64,000 nucleotides of DNA from Eledone cirrhosa (taxonomy: Eukaryota): assembly GCA_964016885.1 (NCBI GenBank), contig CAXHJY010001394.1, positions 1 through 64,000 of the forward strand, in the 5' to 3' direction. The position numbers were made by a program, and so were the translations under genes. Below, one piece after another: positions 25,303 through 41,065 of the stretch. Positions within the stretch are counted from its first letter, which is position 1, and every line of letters starts with the position of its first letter. The notes beneath the pieces are model-generated. The model ran no database searches. It was not told where the DNA came from and was given only the letters and a program-made list of their open reading frames with translations.

Positions 25303-28300
25303 ATCATCATCATCATCTTCAACATTATCATTTAACGTTCATTGTTATCACACCTGCATGGGTTATACAGGTTGTCACGTTATGAGACATGTCAGGTGTG
25401 GAGACCAGGTCTCATATGGATGTGTATTTTGGTTTGGTTTCTAAGGCTGGATGCCCTTCTTAACACGAAACACGTTACAATGTGGACTGCACACTTTTGT
25501 ATGACCACCTTACAGGATGAACTGGGTGTTTCTAGTGTTGTAGCATCAACGAGGTGTGTGGGATATTTAGCAGGTGAGGGCAGGGCCTTATGAATAGGAA
25601 GGGATGATGAGAAGATTGGTGAAGACTAGTGTGTTCTCTACATGTTTGTTTTATTTCATTTTCAGCACATGGGAGGGGGGGGGTCTTCTACATTACAGCA
25701 TGACGCCAGAGATCTCGATCCTGTGACATTTCCATTGAGAGGTTTAATTGGGCAAGGCGAGCTTTTATTATTTCATCCCAAGCTTTCCTAGGTCTTCCCC
25801 TTTCATAGTTAACATCGACTTTGACAACCCTGCACCTTGTTATACAGCTGTCATCTTCCATATACATCACATGTCCAAACCACCACAATCTCCTCTCCTC
25901 TACACTGCATCTGACCTCTCTTATACCTAGTTTCTCTCTCAGTTTATTAATGCTTGTTGTTCATGCACACTATTACACATCTATCAGATCCTGTAAACTT
26001 CATTTCTTTCCAGTCTTTATAGGTCCTCTGAATATATTGCCCTGGTCTCACTTCAATGTAACATTGCTGTTTGTACACAGACTTCATACAATCTGCCTTT
26101 CACTTTCAGGGGAAATCATTTTGTAGGCATCAGTAGTAGTAGCTCCCTAAACTGTTTCCATCCCATTCTCACTCAGGCTACTGTACCTTCAGAACACCCA
26201 CCTCCACTGTTAATTTGGTTAATTAAGTTAACAGAAATTATGAACCGGTTTCTACAGAGCCTTCTGGACATTTAACCCTTTAGCATTTAAACCAGCCATA
26301 CCTAGCCAGAATACTCTCACATCTTTCTGTTCAAACCAGCCATAACTGGCCACTCATACTGACGTTAAGGTATTGTTCTCAATATAAATAATATCAAAAT
26401 CTCATAGATTCGATATTATATGAGATAATTATGTAAGATAAAGCCTTTACCACAAAAATACAATAGTATATATAGAGTAATAAAAATGCTAAAGGGTAAA
26501 AGTAGCTTATTATTTTGTGAGCTCTTGCTACTTATTGCTCTTGTGCATCAAGAACATACACAGCTTACATTTTGTTGCTAATCTCACTGAGATCCAACTA
26601 CATCTCTTGTTTATCCATAGTTTGGAATTTCTACCTACTCCTTTCCTTTAGAATGATCAAGGCCATTTTCTTGTGGGGATCTAGGCCCTGTTTTCCTTTC
26701 TATTTTGCCAAGTTATCTTACATCACTTTCATTCTAGACCATGCTTCCAGGTTTGGAATTTCTCCTCTAATTTTACCACAGATTAAGTGACAAGGGTTCA
26801 ATCATGTGCATACAGGAGTTCCCATGGACAGCCAGTAATATGTAATAGCCTGCAGGATGATAATAAACAGAAGAGGGTTAATTACAGAGCCCTGATAGAG
26901 GGTTAATAACAGAGCCCTGATAGACTTGTTCACTCAACTCCTCACTATAGCCATCATTACTTTTAACCTTACTGACTGCTCCTCCATACATGGCTTTTAC
27001 TGCTCTCACAAGCCACTCATATACCCCTAGTTTTCTAAGTTATACACCAGATTATGGAAGGGGGAAGTCTCACAGAAGCTCTCTCTGGGTCAACAAATGC
27101 CAAGTAGAGGGGCTTATTTTAGCTAGGTACTACTCTTGCAGTTGCCACACAAGGAAGAGGACATCAGTGGTACTTTTACCTGGCACAAATCCAAACTTCA
27201 TCTCATCTAGGTTAACTTGGTCCCTAATCAGCTGTGTTATAAATCTAACACCTTCATGAAGTGGTCCATCTAATATTTCTATAGTTTTCTAGCTCTAGTA
27301 CATCTCCTTTGCCCTTGTAGCAGTTGATGATGATGATACTACACCATTTATTTGGTATGACACCATTTTGTATTACATGCTGTACGATACCAGTGGTTAA
27401 GATGTGACCCACCACCCCAGATACTTTCAGTATCTCAGCAACTATCACCAATGGACAAGATACTTTCTCTGTCTTCATATCCTTAATTACCTTACTACAC
27501 TACTGCTTACTTGTATGGCTGGACCCTCTGTTGGGCCCACTTTCCGTAGACTATCTTCCTCCCATGCATTCTCCTCATTCAGTAATCTTTCATAAAGGCA
27601 TTTCCATGTTACAAAGGTTGGCTGAAAAGTTCATAGACTATCAATGATAGCATGATGCTAGAGCTGTGAAATCTTGCCTGCATTAATTTCAACTCTTCTT
27701 ATTAATAACTGCATTGTTTCCTTCCAGGGACTATGTTGAAAAATAAACCTCATTTGGTCATTCCATGAGTGTATCTTGGTCTGCCTATGAACTTTTCAGC
27801 TGACCCTATTCAGCATCAGTGAGCCCAAATGCCCCATTATCATCCTGGACACACTTTACCCCAACATCACAATTTGCCCTCACACACTGCCTCACAATCC
27901 TGAACATCTCATGTATTTCATCCTCACATCATAAAACCAACTGAAATTATATATTCTCTGCTTCCCTCCTTGCAAAGAATACTTCTTGCCTAGCTTCCTG
28001 TAGTGTACCCTCCAGCTGCCTCCATTCTGCCATTATTCCATGCCTGTCTCTTGGCCTTAACTGTCTCATCTACCCTAGTGTTTCACCACCAAGATACTCT
28101 CCTCTCTGAAGCCCTGCTCCAGCCACAGATCTAGTTTGACACCTTCAGCAAAGGTTCTTTAAGGAACTCCCACTGTTCCCCTATATTGTATGTTTCTATT
28201 TGTTCTTCCTTACTGTTGTAAAGATCAAACAAAATATCTCTAAATTTGGAACTGGCTGAGGGGTCCTTTAACTTCCATATCCTTCTCCTCCAAGTTGCCC

Positions 28301-28378
28301 TCAGTCTTCAAGTTCATCTAAGTCTATGAAATCACTAACTACTGGGTTATGTTGGGAGGTGCATTCTTCCCCAGGGGG
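25303..28378 (-). mobile_element. Decayed RTE LINE (unit 2 copy)
   Basis: Copy of 13889-16965. Confidence 0.85.
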
Positions 28379-29635
28379 TGGGGATTGTGTGTTTACAAAT
28401 GTCAATATCTCATCTTCTGGTGAGGATAAAAATCTGACTGGCATGCTCCTCTGACCAATAGGTGTTGAAGTGGTTGTCGGGTAAACGTTAAGACCCTCTG
28501 ATATACATATATATATATATACTAGCAGTGGTACCCGGCGTTGCACGGGATAACGTATTTCGGAACGCGGGCCGCCATCTTCCACTTCAGCCGGTCGCCC
28601 TAAAGTGTTGGCTATTCAGTCTACTTGAGGCCAGTTGGTGAGGGGGGGGTACAGCTTTCAGTGTGCTACTACCCTCACGGTCAAATAGAAAGGGAGAGGA
28701 AGAAAAGTCAGCGTTAATATCGTGCTACACGTTTGAAAGGTTGGATGACCTTAGAGTTCACCAGGGTGGGGGGTTCTAAAAGTATCTATCTTGGTATTTT
28801 ATCTTAGAAGTAATCATTACAGAGTGTACTGGGTGTATTTTAGTGGGCAGTAATTCCATAAAGAACACAGTATAATCTGTGGACACAAGCCTTGCAGTGT
28901 GATTACAGGCAGGTTAATGGGAAAGATAGATTATATATGTGACATGATGTACATGAGAAGTGAGGACACAGACCACACATGAAATAGATTCCTACAACTG
29001 TCAGGGAGGCTCCCTAGAATTACAGATGACATATTTCAATATCTCGGTGATCAAGTTAGCAGTGGAGGAAGAATCTCTAAAAGTGTAATACCCAGGATAA
29101 GGACAGGCTGGAAGAAGTTTAGAGTACTGTTCCATCTGTTGACAACAAAGGGCTTCTCTCTCAGAATGGAGGCTAGACTGCTTGATACTTATGTGTGGTC
29201 TGCAATCTACACCCCAGCCATGCCCCTTCCACTACCACTCCTTAGCTATTTCTCTCCATTAATACTCCTCACATTTCAAGCAGTTTTCTCATCTCAATGA
29301 AAGAAAAATATTGGGCTCAAGAGAAGTCTTCAGTTATGCCATGGTGTGGCAACCTCCCTAGGGTTGGGCAGAGTGTAAATGAGAGTGAAATTAGGTATGA
29401 GAGGGATCATATGCAGTATACAAGAGAGTAGATTACATTGGTATGGTCATGTGATGGGTATAAAGGATGACAGCTGTATAAAAATGTGCTGGGCAATCAA
29501 AGTTGATGGAAGTTATGAAGGCGGAAGACCCAGGATGACCTGGGATGAGGTGATAAAAGATGACTTTGCACAATTGCAACTCTCAAAGACAATGACACAG
29601 GATAGAGATCTTGAGATGTATGCAGCAATACAGAA

Positions 29636-32600
29636 GGCCCTGTGCGTCGATCGTGGGCCGGCCGGATGTTGACGGATCGATGTGTAATTAGAAGTACATG
29701 TGCGGACACTCATTGGCTGTGCGTGGTATGCATTTCAGCAAGATATCTCCGTAACATCAAGAGTTATGGCTGTGGAGGCACACCTAGTCAAACGTAAACA
29801 AGCTCTGGAGCGTATACGCTTCGCGATTTTGTTTACGTTTGACTAGGTGTGCCTCCACAGTCACAACTCTTGATGTTACGGAGATATCTTGCTGAAATGC
29901 ATACCACGCACAGCCAATGAGTGTCCGCACATGTACTTCTAATTACACATCGATCCGTCAACATCCGGCCGGCCCACGATCGACGCACAGGGCCGGATGG
30001 CCCGTTTGCAGTGAATTTTCACCGGAATCGATCTGTAATTACTGGTACATGTGCGGACACACATTTGCTGTGTGTGGTGTGATTTTCACGAAAAACTGCC
30101 CATGCTAAATGAGGAAGCTGAAGTCCGCCGGCGAATGGTGTGCTTCGAAGAAAACTAATTCGAAAATGACCGTTTGCAGGCGGAGTAACCTTTTCGATCG
30201 TGGGCCAGCCGCCCGTGGTGGGATACATCTGTAATTACTGGTACATGTGCGGACACACATTTGCTGTGTGTGGTGTGATTTTCGAGAAAGACTGCCCATG
30301 CTAAATGAGGAAGCTGAAGTCCGCCGGCGAATGGTGTGCTTCGAAGAAAACTAATTCGAAAATGACTATTTGCCGGCGGAATCACCTTTTCGGTCCTGGT
30401 CCGGCCGGATCTTGCCGGATCGATCGGAAATTTGTGGACCATGTTCGGAAGGCCATTGTGCATGTGTGGTGAAAAAAATTTGTGTCGAAATCTTCTCGGA
30501 AAATAACGGATCGCCGGCGGAGATTGCCATTTCGATCGTGGGCCGGCCGGATCTTGTCGGATCGATTCGGACATATGTGCATCGTGTTCGCAAGGCCCTT
30601 GTCTATGTGTGGTGTGATTTTGATAAAGAAATTCCGAAAAACCCAGTTTTAAATCTGATTTCGCCAAAGAATTTTGGCTATCAGATCGGGTTGAAAGGTA
30701 TGGTTTCAGGTCGATCTGAAAGTCTAAAATGGAATTCACTCGGTTAGCTAACTTTTGATATATCGGAGATATCTTTCTGAAAATCACACCACACACTCCC
30801 AATGAGTGTCTGCACATGTACCAGTAATTACAGATGGATCCCACCACGGGCGGCCGGCCCACGATCGAAAAGGTTACTCCGAAGCACACCATTCGCCGGC
30901 GGAATTCATTTAGCATGGGCAGTTTTTCTCGAAAATCACACCACACACAGCCAATGAGGGTCCGCACATGTACCAGTAATTACAGATGGATCCCACCACG
31001 GGCGGCTGGCCCACGATCGAAAAGGTTACTCCGCCTGCAAACGGTCATTTTCGAATTAGTTTTCTTCGAAGCACACCATTCGCCGGCGGACTTCAGCTTC
31101 CTCATTTAGCATGGGCAGTTTTTCTCGAAAATCACACCACACACAGCAAATGTGTGTCCGCACATGTACCAGTAATTACAGATCGATTCCGGTGAAAATT
31201 CACTGAAAACGGGCCATTCTGCCCTGTGCGTCGATCGTGGGCCGGCCGGATGTTGACGGATCGATGTGTAATTAGAAGTACATGTGCGGACACTCATTGG
31301 CTGTGCGTGGTATGCATTTCAGCAAGATATCTCCGTAACATCAAGAGTTATGGCTGTGGAGGCACACCTAGTCAAACGTAAACAAGCTCTGGAGCGTATA
31401 CGCTTCGCGATTTTGTTTACGTTTGACTAGGTGTGCCTCCACAGCCACAACTCTTGATGTTACGGAGATATCTTGCTGAAATGCATACCACGCACAGCCA
31501 ATGAGTGTCCGCACATGTACTTCTAATTACACATCGATCCGTCAACATCCGGCCGGCCCACGATCGACGCACAGGGCCGGATGGCCCGTTTTCAGTGAAT
31601 TTTCACCGGAATCGATCTGTAATTACTGGTACATGTGCGGACACACATTTGCTGTGTGTGGTGTGATTTTCACGAAAAACTGCCCATGCTAAATGAGGAA
31701 GCTGAAGTCCGCCGGCGAATGGTGTGCTTCGAAGAAAACTAATTCGAAAATGACCGTTTGCAGGCGGAGTAACCTTTTCGATCGTGGGCCAGCCGCCCGT
31801 GGTGGGATACATCTGTAATTACTGGTACATGTGCGGACACACATTTGCTGTGTGTGGTGTGATTTTCGAGAAAGACTGCCCATGCTAAATGAGGAAGCTG
31901 AAGTCCGCCGGCGAATGGTGTGCTTCGAAGAAAACTAATTCGAAAATGACTATTTGCCGGCGGAATCACCTTTTCGGTCCTGGTCCGGCCGGATCTTGCC
32001 GGATCGATCGGAAATTTGTGGACCATGTTCGGAAGGCCATTGTGCATGTGTGGTGAAAAAAATTTGTGTCGAAATCTTCTCGGAAAATAACGGATCGCCG
32101 GCGGAGATTGCCATTTCGATCGTGGGCCGGCCGGATCTTGTCGGATCGATTCGGACATATGTGCATCGTGTTCGCAAGGCCCTTGTCTATGTGTGGTGTG
32201 ATTTTCATAAAGAAATTCCGAAAAACCCAGTTTTAAATCTGATTTCGCCAAAGAATTTTGGCTATCAGATCGGGTTGAAAGGTATGGTTTCAGGTCGATC
32301 TGAAAGTCTAAAATGGAATTCACTCGGTTAGCTAACTATTGATATATCGGAGATATCTTTCTGAAAATCACACCACACACTCCCAATGAGTGTCTGCACA
32401 TGTCCCAGTAATTACAGATGGATCCCACCACGGGCGGCCGGCCCACGATCGAAAAGGTTACTCCGAAGCACACCATTCGCCGGCGGAATTCATTTAGCAT
32501 GGGCAGTTTTTCTCGAAAATCACACCACACACAGCCAATCAGTGTCCGCACATGTACCAGTAATTACAGATGGATCCCACTACGGGCGGCTGGCCCACGA

Positions 32601-32739
32601 TCGAAAAGGTTACTCCGCCTGCAAACGGTTATTTTCGAATTCGTTTTCTTCGAAGCACACCATTCGCCGGCGGACTTCAGCTGCCTCATTTAGCATGGGC
32701 AGCTTTTCTCGAAAATCACACCACACACAGCCAATGAGT
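29636..32739. repeat. 1,584-bp palindromic satellite, ~2 monomers
   Basis: As above. Confidence 0.95.
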
Positions 32740-32814
32740 TTAAAATACTCACCGTTTGATTTGGAAAAACTTAAAATGCTCACATATATATGTGTATGTA
32801 TTTATCTATGCATG

Positions 32815-32860
<46 letters not shown>

Positions 32861-33295
32861 TGTATTTATCTATGTATTTATCTATATGCATGGATATATA
32901 TATATATATATATATTTATCTATGTATTTATCTATATGCATGGATATATATATATATATATATATATATGTATTTATCTATGCATGTATGAATATATAAA
33001 ATATATATATATATATATGTGTGTATGTATTTATCTATGCATGTATGAATATATAAAATATATATATATATATATATGTATGTATTTATCTATGCATGTA
33101 TATATATATAAATATATACATAAATATATATATATATATATGTATTTATCTATGCATGTGTGCATACATATATATATATATATATGTATTTATCTATACA
33201 TGTATGTATATATATATATATACATATATAAGTATTTATCTATACATGTATGTATATATATATATACATATATATGTATTTATCTATACATGTAT

Positions 33296-33328
<33 letters not shown>

Positions 33329-34799
33329 AGTATTTATCTATACATGTATGTATATATAAAATATTGTCATGTTTACAAAAATATTTTTCTAATATCGTGT
33401 TTAATATTTTATATTGTCGTCTGCTTCTCTTCTCACGTGGTTACTAACTCTCTCACCCTCTCTCTCTTTCCCCTCTCATACAACCCCTTCTTTCTCTTTC
33501 TTTCCCCTCTCACACAACCTCTTCTTTCTCTCTCTTTTTGCCAGTCCCTTCTCTCACTCTCTCTCCCTCTTCCTTTTTTATCTCTTTCTTTCTGTCTCTG
33601 TTTCCCTCCTATAGACATTCTCTCTCTCTCTTTCTGCTCTCACTCAGCCTTCTCTCTCTTTCCCCTCTCACACAGTCTTCTCTCTCTCTCTTTCCCCTCT
33701 CACACAGCATTCTCTCTCTCTCTCTCTCTCTTTCCCCTCTCACACAGCATTCTCTCTCTCTCTCTCTCTTTATTTCCCCTCTCACACAGCCTTCTCTCTC
33801 TATCTATCTATCTCTCTCTCTGGAGATTTTTTAACACAAAGTCACACAAGGATTAGAAAAATGGCGATAATCACTTTGAAAGTAACAATTATGCAATAAA
33901 TAGTTGTTATTGCCACGTCTCGTATCCTCCTTTGGCAATGTGTAAAATGTTAGCGAGATCGAGTGAACAATACACAAGTTATAATACTTTACAGACGGGA
34001 CTTATATAGTAGATGTAGCAAAATGCGTAGATTACGATTCTTGAGACGAGATTAAAATATACGATTATGGGATACTTTAAGAAGACGAGTAGATGTTTGA
34101 GTAGATTTAGCTGCTTTTTCTAGCATTTTTAGTTATACTTTGAAGCACATTTTTTTTGTTACTATTATATTAAAAGTTATCTGGTTACGTTATTTGACTG
34201 GTATTTCTAGCATTTTACAAGGACCACGTGTGTGTTTTATTTAAGGAAGATCTAGTTGTTATTTCTGATATTTTCTTCATCAAGTTAGTTGCTATTTCCT
34301 GCATCCTCTTGAAGACAAGAAATAATAATGAATTAGCTGCTGTTTCTAGTAGGTTCTATGGTAGTGATGAGCGTGGGAGGGGGGTTTGACTGCTATTTTT
34401 AGCAGGTTCTAAGGCATTGAGGTTTATGTTTTACGAGAGATTTGGCTGTTATTTCTAACATGTTATAATGGAGAGAGAGAGAGAGTATAAGATATACAGA
34501 GAGAGGGAGTATAAGATATAGAGAGAGGGGAAACGGCCGATGTTTACGTTGAGAAAACCTAATAAAATGTTATAAATGGGTTTATAAAGAATAGAATGAG
34601 ATAAACAAGACAAAGTTAGATAAAATAAATCAGCTGTAAGGATATTATACGATATATTTATAATATTTTAATATATTTTTCCTGGTCGTCTGCTGCCATT
34701 GATAGAGAGAGGAGTGGTGGGAGGTAGCCATAACAACCGTGGTAGCAGCACTGAGGTTTGTTTTTAAAGAAGTGAATACAAGAAAAACAAGCAACTAAG

Positions 34800-35605
34800 A
34801 ATATTAATCTCTTAAACCCTTCAAGATGTGTATGACAAGAAAGAAGACGTTTTAGAGTCGTATGACATAGATGATAACTGGAAATTCTTACGTGACAACT
34901 TACTGCAGGCTACTGAAGAAACTTGTGGCTGGAGCAGAGCTCCGACCAGACAGAGAGTGACCTGGTGGTGGGACAACACGGTAGATAAGGCCATTAGAGA
35001 CAAAAGACTAGCATGGAACACTTGAAAAAATGGTGGGAGTAGAGACCGATACACAGCTGCTAAGAGAGAAGCTAGACGTCAGATGTACTTAGCACGCACG
35101 GAGGCTGAGAGTAGGAGGTTTGCCAATGTTCTGTGATGGGAAGATCAGAGGCGTGCGGTGTTCCACATTGCAAGGCATGGTGTCAGTGTAAATCAGGATG
35201 TTGTTGGAGATAAGTGTATCCGGAATGATGCCAGTGTACTTGGTGTCACGAATGATCAAAAAAAGGAGGCCTGGAAATATCATTATGAGAGGCTGATGAA
35301 TTGTGGAGAATGAATGGGAGAGAGGGAAACTATCCCCAGTAGACCCAACAGAGGGACCAGCTATTGAGATTGGGGAATATAGGGTACAAGAGGCAATTAA
35401 GGAAATGAAGAATGGCAAGGCTACTGGACTCTAGGGGATAGTTGCTCAGATGCTGAAGGCATCAGAAGTAGGCACTAAACTGGTTACACACATCATCAAT
35501 CAAGCTATATATGGTAGTGTCATACCCAAAGAATGGTGCAGCAGTATTCTCATAAATTGGTACAAAGGTAAAGGGGATGCTCTGGAGAGGAGCAATTATA
35601 TGGGC
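34800..35605 (+). pseudogene. Decayed RTE LINE fragment (unit 3 copy)
   Basis: Copy of 11975-12780. Confidence 0.85.
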
Positions 35606-36731
35606 ACTTCAATATTTAATGATACAGGTGATAAAACAACAACTATAAGGTAAATAAGTCACCTTATGTTATTTACAAACATTAACGTCCACCTTAATAT
35701 GAAATAATCACCATAAAAGAGGAAGCGAGGGCATCGGCTACCGGCACCCGGGCTGCTCTCTCATCCTGAGTGGGATCTTCCAGCGTTGATGCATCACCAC
35801 GTTGATGCATCACCACGTTGATGTAAAACTTGGTTTTTCACTTTGGGATAATACACGTATTTGCAACTTATTTATGTTTATTTACGTTGAGCGTAATCGA
35901 TTTGTTTCCATATCTCCACGCGTTTTATTTCATAGTCATAGTTATAAAATTAGAAAACTTTCTTTAAAAAAAACAAATTAACGCGGGTAACTACAAGATA
36001 ACCTTGTTTTGTAATACTGGCAGACATTGAAGATTCTTTATGGATGGTTGATACTCAGCTGCCAGGAACACAGGATGTGGCAGAGGGTATAAGATTTGCC
36101 TGCTATTTCTAGCAACTTCAATGACCACATAATTGGTTTGTAATTTTGTTTTAAAGTGTAAGGGTTTACACAGCCATTTATGAATTTCTAAGAGATACGT
36201 TTACGATGAGATACACTTATTAAAAATACTTTCATTGCATAGTTCCGTTTGTAAAGGCTTTAATTTACTGTACTACTCGGGAACCTTTTAATAACACACA
36301 GGATTAAGTCCATGTTTGTTCAACCAATTAATGGTATCTGCTGTAGTAGGGGTAGCGATGGAAATATGGCGATGATTAACTCCACCCTGGGGTATAATGT
36401 AGAATTCATATTTTTCAACTTGCCCATACGTGTATTATCCCAAAGTGAAAAACCAAGTTTTACATCAACGTGGTGATTTCAAAGTTTATTTATTTACACA
36501 TGGTGGTGGGGGGGGGATACGGAAATAAACGAAGGCTGACGAATGACGTCACATTCTTCTACTTTCACTTCTGACAGCCAATTCCGTTGTAGTGCCATAT
36601 ATAAACATGATGGTCACGGCTGGAACAACTTTAATTATAGGTCTGCTCAATCATACTAACATGGGATTTAAATTGAGCAAAGTTGGAGTTGTCTCCCTTG
36701 GTACTTTACTACGCTACGTTTGTTTATATAT

Positions 36732-39700
36732 ATCATCATCATCATCTTCAACATTATCATTTAACGTTCATTGTTATCACACCTGCATGGGTTAAATAGG
36801 TTGTCACGTTATGAGACATGTCAGGTGTGGAGACCAGGTCTCATATGGATGTGTATTTTGGTTTGGTTTCTAAGGCTGGATGCCCTTCTTAACACGAAAC
36901 ACGTTACAATGTGGACTGCACACTTTTGTATGACCACCTTACAGGATGAACTGGGTGTTTTTATTGTTGTAGCATCAACGAGGTGTGTGGGATATTTAGC
37001 AGGTGAGGGCAGGGCCTTATGAATAGGAAGGGGTGATGAGAAGATTGGTGAAGACTAGTGTGTTCTCTACATGTTTGTTTTATTTCATTTTCAGCACATG
37101 GGAGGGGGGGGGGTCTTCTACATTACAGCATGACGCCAGAGATCTCGATCCTGTGACATTTCCATTGAGAGGTTTAATTGGGCAAGGCGAGCTTTTATTA
37201 TTTCATCCCAAGCTTTCCTAGGTCTTCCCCTTTCATAGTTAACATCGACTTTGACAACCCTGCACCTTGTTATACAGCTGTCATCTTCCATATACATCAC
37301 ATGTCCAAACCACCACAATCTCCTCTCCTCTACACTGCATCTGACCTCTCTTATACCTAGTTTCTCTCTCAGTTTATTAATGCTTGTTGTTCATGCACAC
37401 TATTACACATCTATCAGATCCTGTAAACTTCATTTCTTTCCAGTCTTTATAGGTCCTCTGAATATATTGCCCTGGTCTCACTTCAATGTAACATTGCTGT
37501 TTGTACACAGACTTCATACAATCTGCCTTTCACTTTCAGGGGAAATCATTTTGTAGGCATCAGTAGTAGTAGCTCCCTAAACTGTTTCCATCCCATTCTC
37601 ACTCAGGCTACTGTACCTTCAGAACACCCACCTCCACTGTTAATTTGGTTAATTAAGTTAACAGAAATTATGAACCGGTTTCTACAGAGCCTTCTGGACA
37701 TTTAACCCTTTAGCATTTAAACCAGCCATACCTAGCCAGAATACTCTCACATCTTTCTGTTCAAACCAGCCATAACTGGCCACTCATACTGACGTTAAGG
37801 TATTGTTCTCAATATAAATAATATCAAAATCTCATAGATTCGATATTATATGAGATAATTATGTAAGATAAAGCCTTTACCACAAAAATACAATAGTATA
37901 TATAGAGTAATAAAAATGCTAAAGGGTAAAAGTAGCTTATTATTTTGTGAGCTCTTGCTACTTATTGCTCTTGTGCATCAAGAACATACACAGCTTACAT
38001 TTTGTTGCTAATCTCACTGAGATCCAACTACATCTCTTGTTTATCCATAGTTTGGAATTTCTACCTACTCCTTTCCTTTAGAATGATCAAGGCCATTTTC
38101 TTGTGGGGATCTAGGCCCTGTTTTCCTTTCTATTTTGCCAAGTTATCTTACATCACTTTCATTCTAGACCATGCTTCCAGGTTTGGAATTTCTCCTCTAA
38201 TTTTACCACAGATTAAGTGACAAGGGTTCAATCATGTGCATACAGGAGTTCCCATGGACAGCCAGTAATATGTAATAGCCTGCAGGATGATAATAAACAG
38301 AAGAGGGTTAATTACAGAGCCCTGATAGAGGGTTAATAACAGAGCCCTGATAGACTTGTTCACTCAACTCCTCACTATAGCCATCATTACTTTTAACCTT
38401 ACTGACTGCTCCTCCATACATGGCTTTTACTGCTCTCACAAGCCACTCATATACCCCTAGTTTTCTAAGTTATACATCAGATTATGGAAGGGGGAAGTCT
38501 CACAGAAGCTCTCTCTGGGTCAACAAATGCCAAGTAGAGGGGCTTATTTTAGCTAGGTACTACTCTTGCAGTTGCCACACAAGGAAGAGGACATCAGTGG
38601 TACTTTTACCTGGCACAAATCCAAACTTCATCTCATCTAGGTTAACTTGGTCCCTAATCAGCTGTGTTATAAATCTAACACCTTCATGAAGTGGTCCATC
38701 TAATATTTCTATAGTTTTCTAGCTCTAGTACATCTCCTTTGCCCTTGTAGCAGTTGATGATGATGATACTACACCATTTATTTGGTATGACACCATTTTG
38801 TATTACATGCTGTACGATACCAGTGGTTAAGATGTGACCCACCACCCCAGATACTTTCAGTATCTCAGCAACTATCACCAATGGACAAGATACTTTCTCT
38901 GTCTTCATATCCTTAATTACCTTACTACACTACTGCTTACTTGTATGGCTGGACCCTCTGTTGGGCTCACTTTCCGTAGACTATCTTCCTCCCATGCATT
39001 CTCCTCATTCAGTAATCTTTCATAAAGGCATTTCCATGTTACAAAGGTTGGCTGAAAAGTTCATAGACTATCAATGATAGCATGATGCTAGAGCTGTGAA
39101 ATCTTGCCTGCATTAATTTCAACTCTTCTTATTAATAACTGCATTGTTTCCTTCCAGGGACTATGTTGAAAAATAAACCTCATTTGGTCATTCCATGAGT
39201 GTATCTTGGTCTGCCTATGAACTTTTCAGCTGACCCTATTCAGCATCAGTGAGCCCAAATGCCCCATTATCATCCTGGACACACTTTACCCCAACATCAC
39301 AATTTGCCCTCACACACTGCCTCACAATCCTGAACATCTCATGTATTTCATCCTCACATCATAAAACCAACTGAAATTATATATTCTCTGCTTCCCTCCT
39401 TGCAAAGAATACTTCTTGCCTAGCTTCCTGTAGTGTACCCTCCAGCTGCCTCCATTCTGCCATTATTCCATGCCTGTCTCTTGGCCTTAACTGTCTCATC
39501 TACCCTAGTGTTTCACCACCAAGATACTCTCCTCTCTGAAGCCCTGCTCCAGCCACAGATCTAGTTTGACACCTTCAGCAAAGGTTCTTTAAGGAACTCC
39601 CACTGTTCCCCTATATTGTATGTTTCTATTTGTTCTTCCTTACTGTTGTAAAGATCAAACAAAATATCTCTAAATTTGGAACTGGCTGAGGGGTCCTTTA

Positions 39701-39808
39701 ACTTCCATATCCTTCTCCTCCAAGTTGCCCTCAGTCTTCAAGTTCATCTAAGTCTATGAAATCACTAACTACTGGGTTATGTTGGGAGGTGCATTCTTCC
39801 CCAGGGGG
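36732..39808 (-). mobile_element. Decayed RTE LINE (unit 3 copy)
   Basis: Copy of 13889-16965. Confidence 0.85.
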
Positions 39809-41065
39809 TGGGGATTGTGTGTTTACAAATGTCAATATCTCATCTTCTGGTGAGGATAAAAATCTGACTGGCATGCTCCTCTGACCAATAGGTGTTGAAG
39901 TGGTTGTCGGGTAAACGTTAAGACCCTCTGATATACATATATATATATATACTAGCAGTGGTACCCGGCGTTGCACGGGATAACGTATTTCGGAACGCGG
40001 GCCGCCATCTTCCACTTCAGCCGGTCGCCCTAAAGTGTTGGCTATTCAGTCTACTTGAGGCCAGTTGGTGAGGGGGGGGTACAGCTTTCAGTGTGCTACT
40101 ACCCTCACGGTCAAATAGAAAGGGAGAGGAAGAAAAGTCAGCGTTAATATCGTGCTACACGTTTGAAAGGTTGGATGACCTTAGAGTTCACCAGGGTGGG
40201 GGGTTCTAAAAGTATCTATCTTGGTATTTTATCTTAGAAGTAATCATTACAGAGTGTACTGGGTGTATTTTAGTGGGCAGTAATTCCATAAAGAACACAG
40301 TATAATCTGTGGACACAAGCCTTGCAGTGTGATTACAGGCAGGTTAATGGGAAAGATAGATTATATATGTGACATGATGTACATGAGAAGTGAGGACACA
40401 GACCACACATGAAATAGATTCCTACAACTGTCAGGGAGGCTCCCTAGAATTACAGATGACATATTTCAATATCTCGGTGATCAAGTTAGCAGTGGAGGAA
40501 GAATCTCTAAAAGTGTAATACCCAGGATAAGGACAGGCTGGAAGAAGTTTAGAGTACTGTTCCATCTGTTGACAACAAAGGGCTTCTCTCTCAGAATGGA
40601 GGCTAGACTGCTTGATACTTATGTGTGGTCTGCAATCTACACCCCAGCCATGCCCCTTCCACTACCACTCCTTAGCTATTTCTCTCCATTAATACTCCTC
40701 ACATTTCAAGCAGTTTTCTCATCTCAATGAAAGAAAAATATTGGGCTCAAGAGAAGTCTTCAGTTATGCCATGGTGTGGCAACCTCCCTAGGGTTGGGCA
40801 GAGTGTAAATGAGAGTGAAATTAGGTATGAGAGGGATCATATGCAGTATACAAGAGAGTAGATTACATTGGTATGGTCATGTGATGGGTATAAAGGATGA
40901 CAGCTGTATAAAAATGTGCTGGGCAATCAAAGTTGATGGAAGTTATGAAGGCGGAAGACCCAGGATGACCTGGGATGAGGTGATAAAAGATGACTTTGCA
41001 CAATTGCAACTCTCAAAGACAATGACACAGGATAGAGATCTTGAGATGTATGCAGCAATACAGAA

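Larger units (their letters stand above)
21325..32737 (+). repeat. Macrosatellite unit 2 (11,413 bp)
   Basis: Near-identical to unit 1, with shorter simple-repeat blocks. Confidence 0.95.
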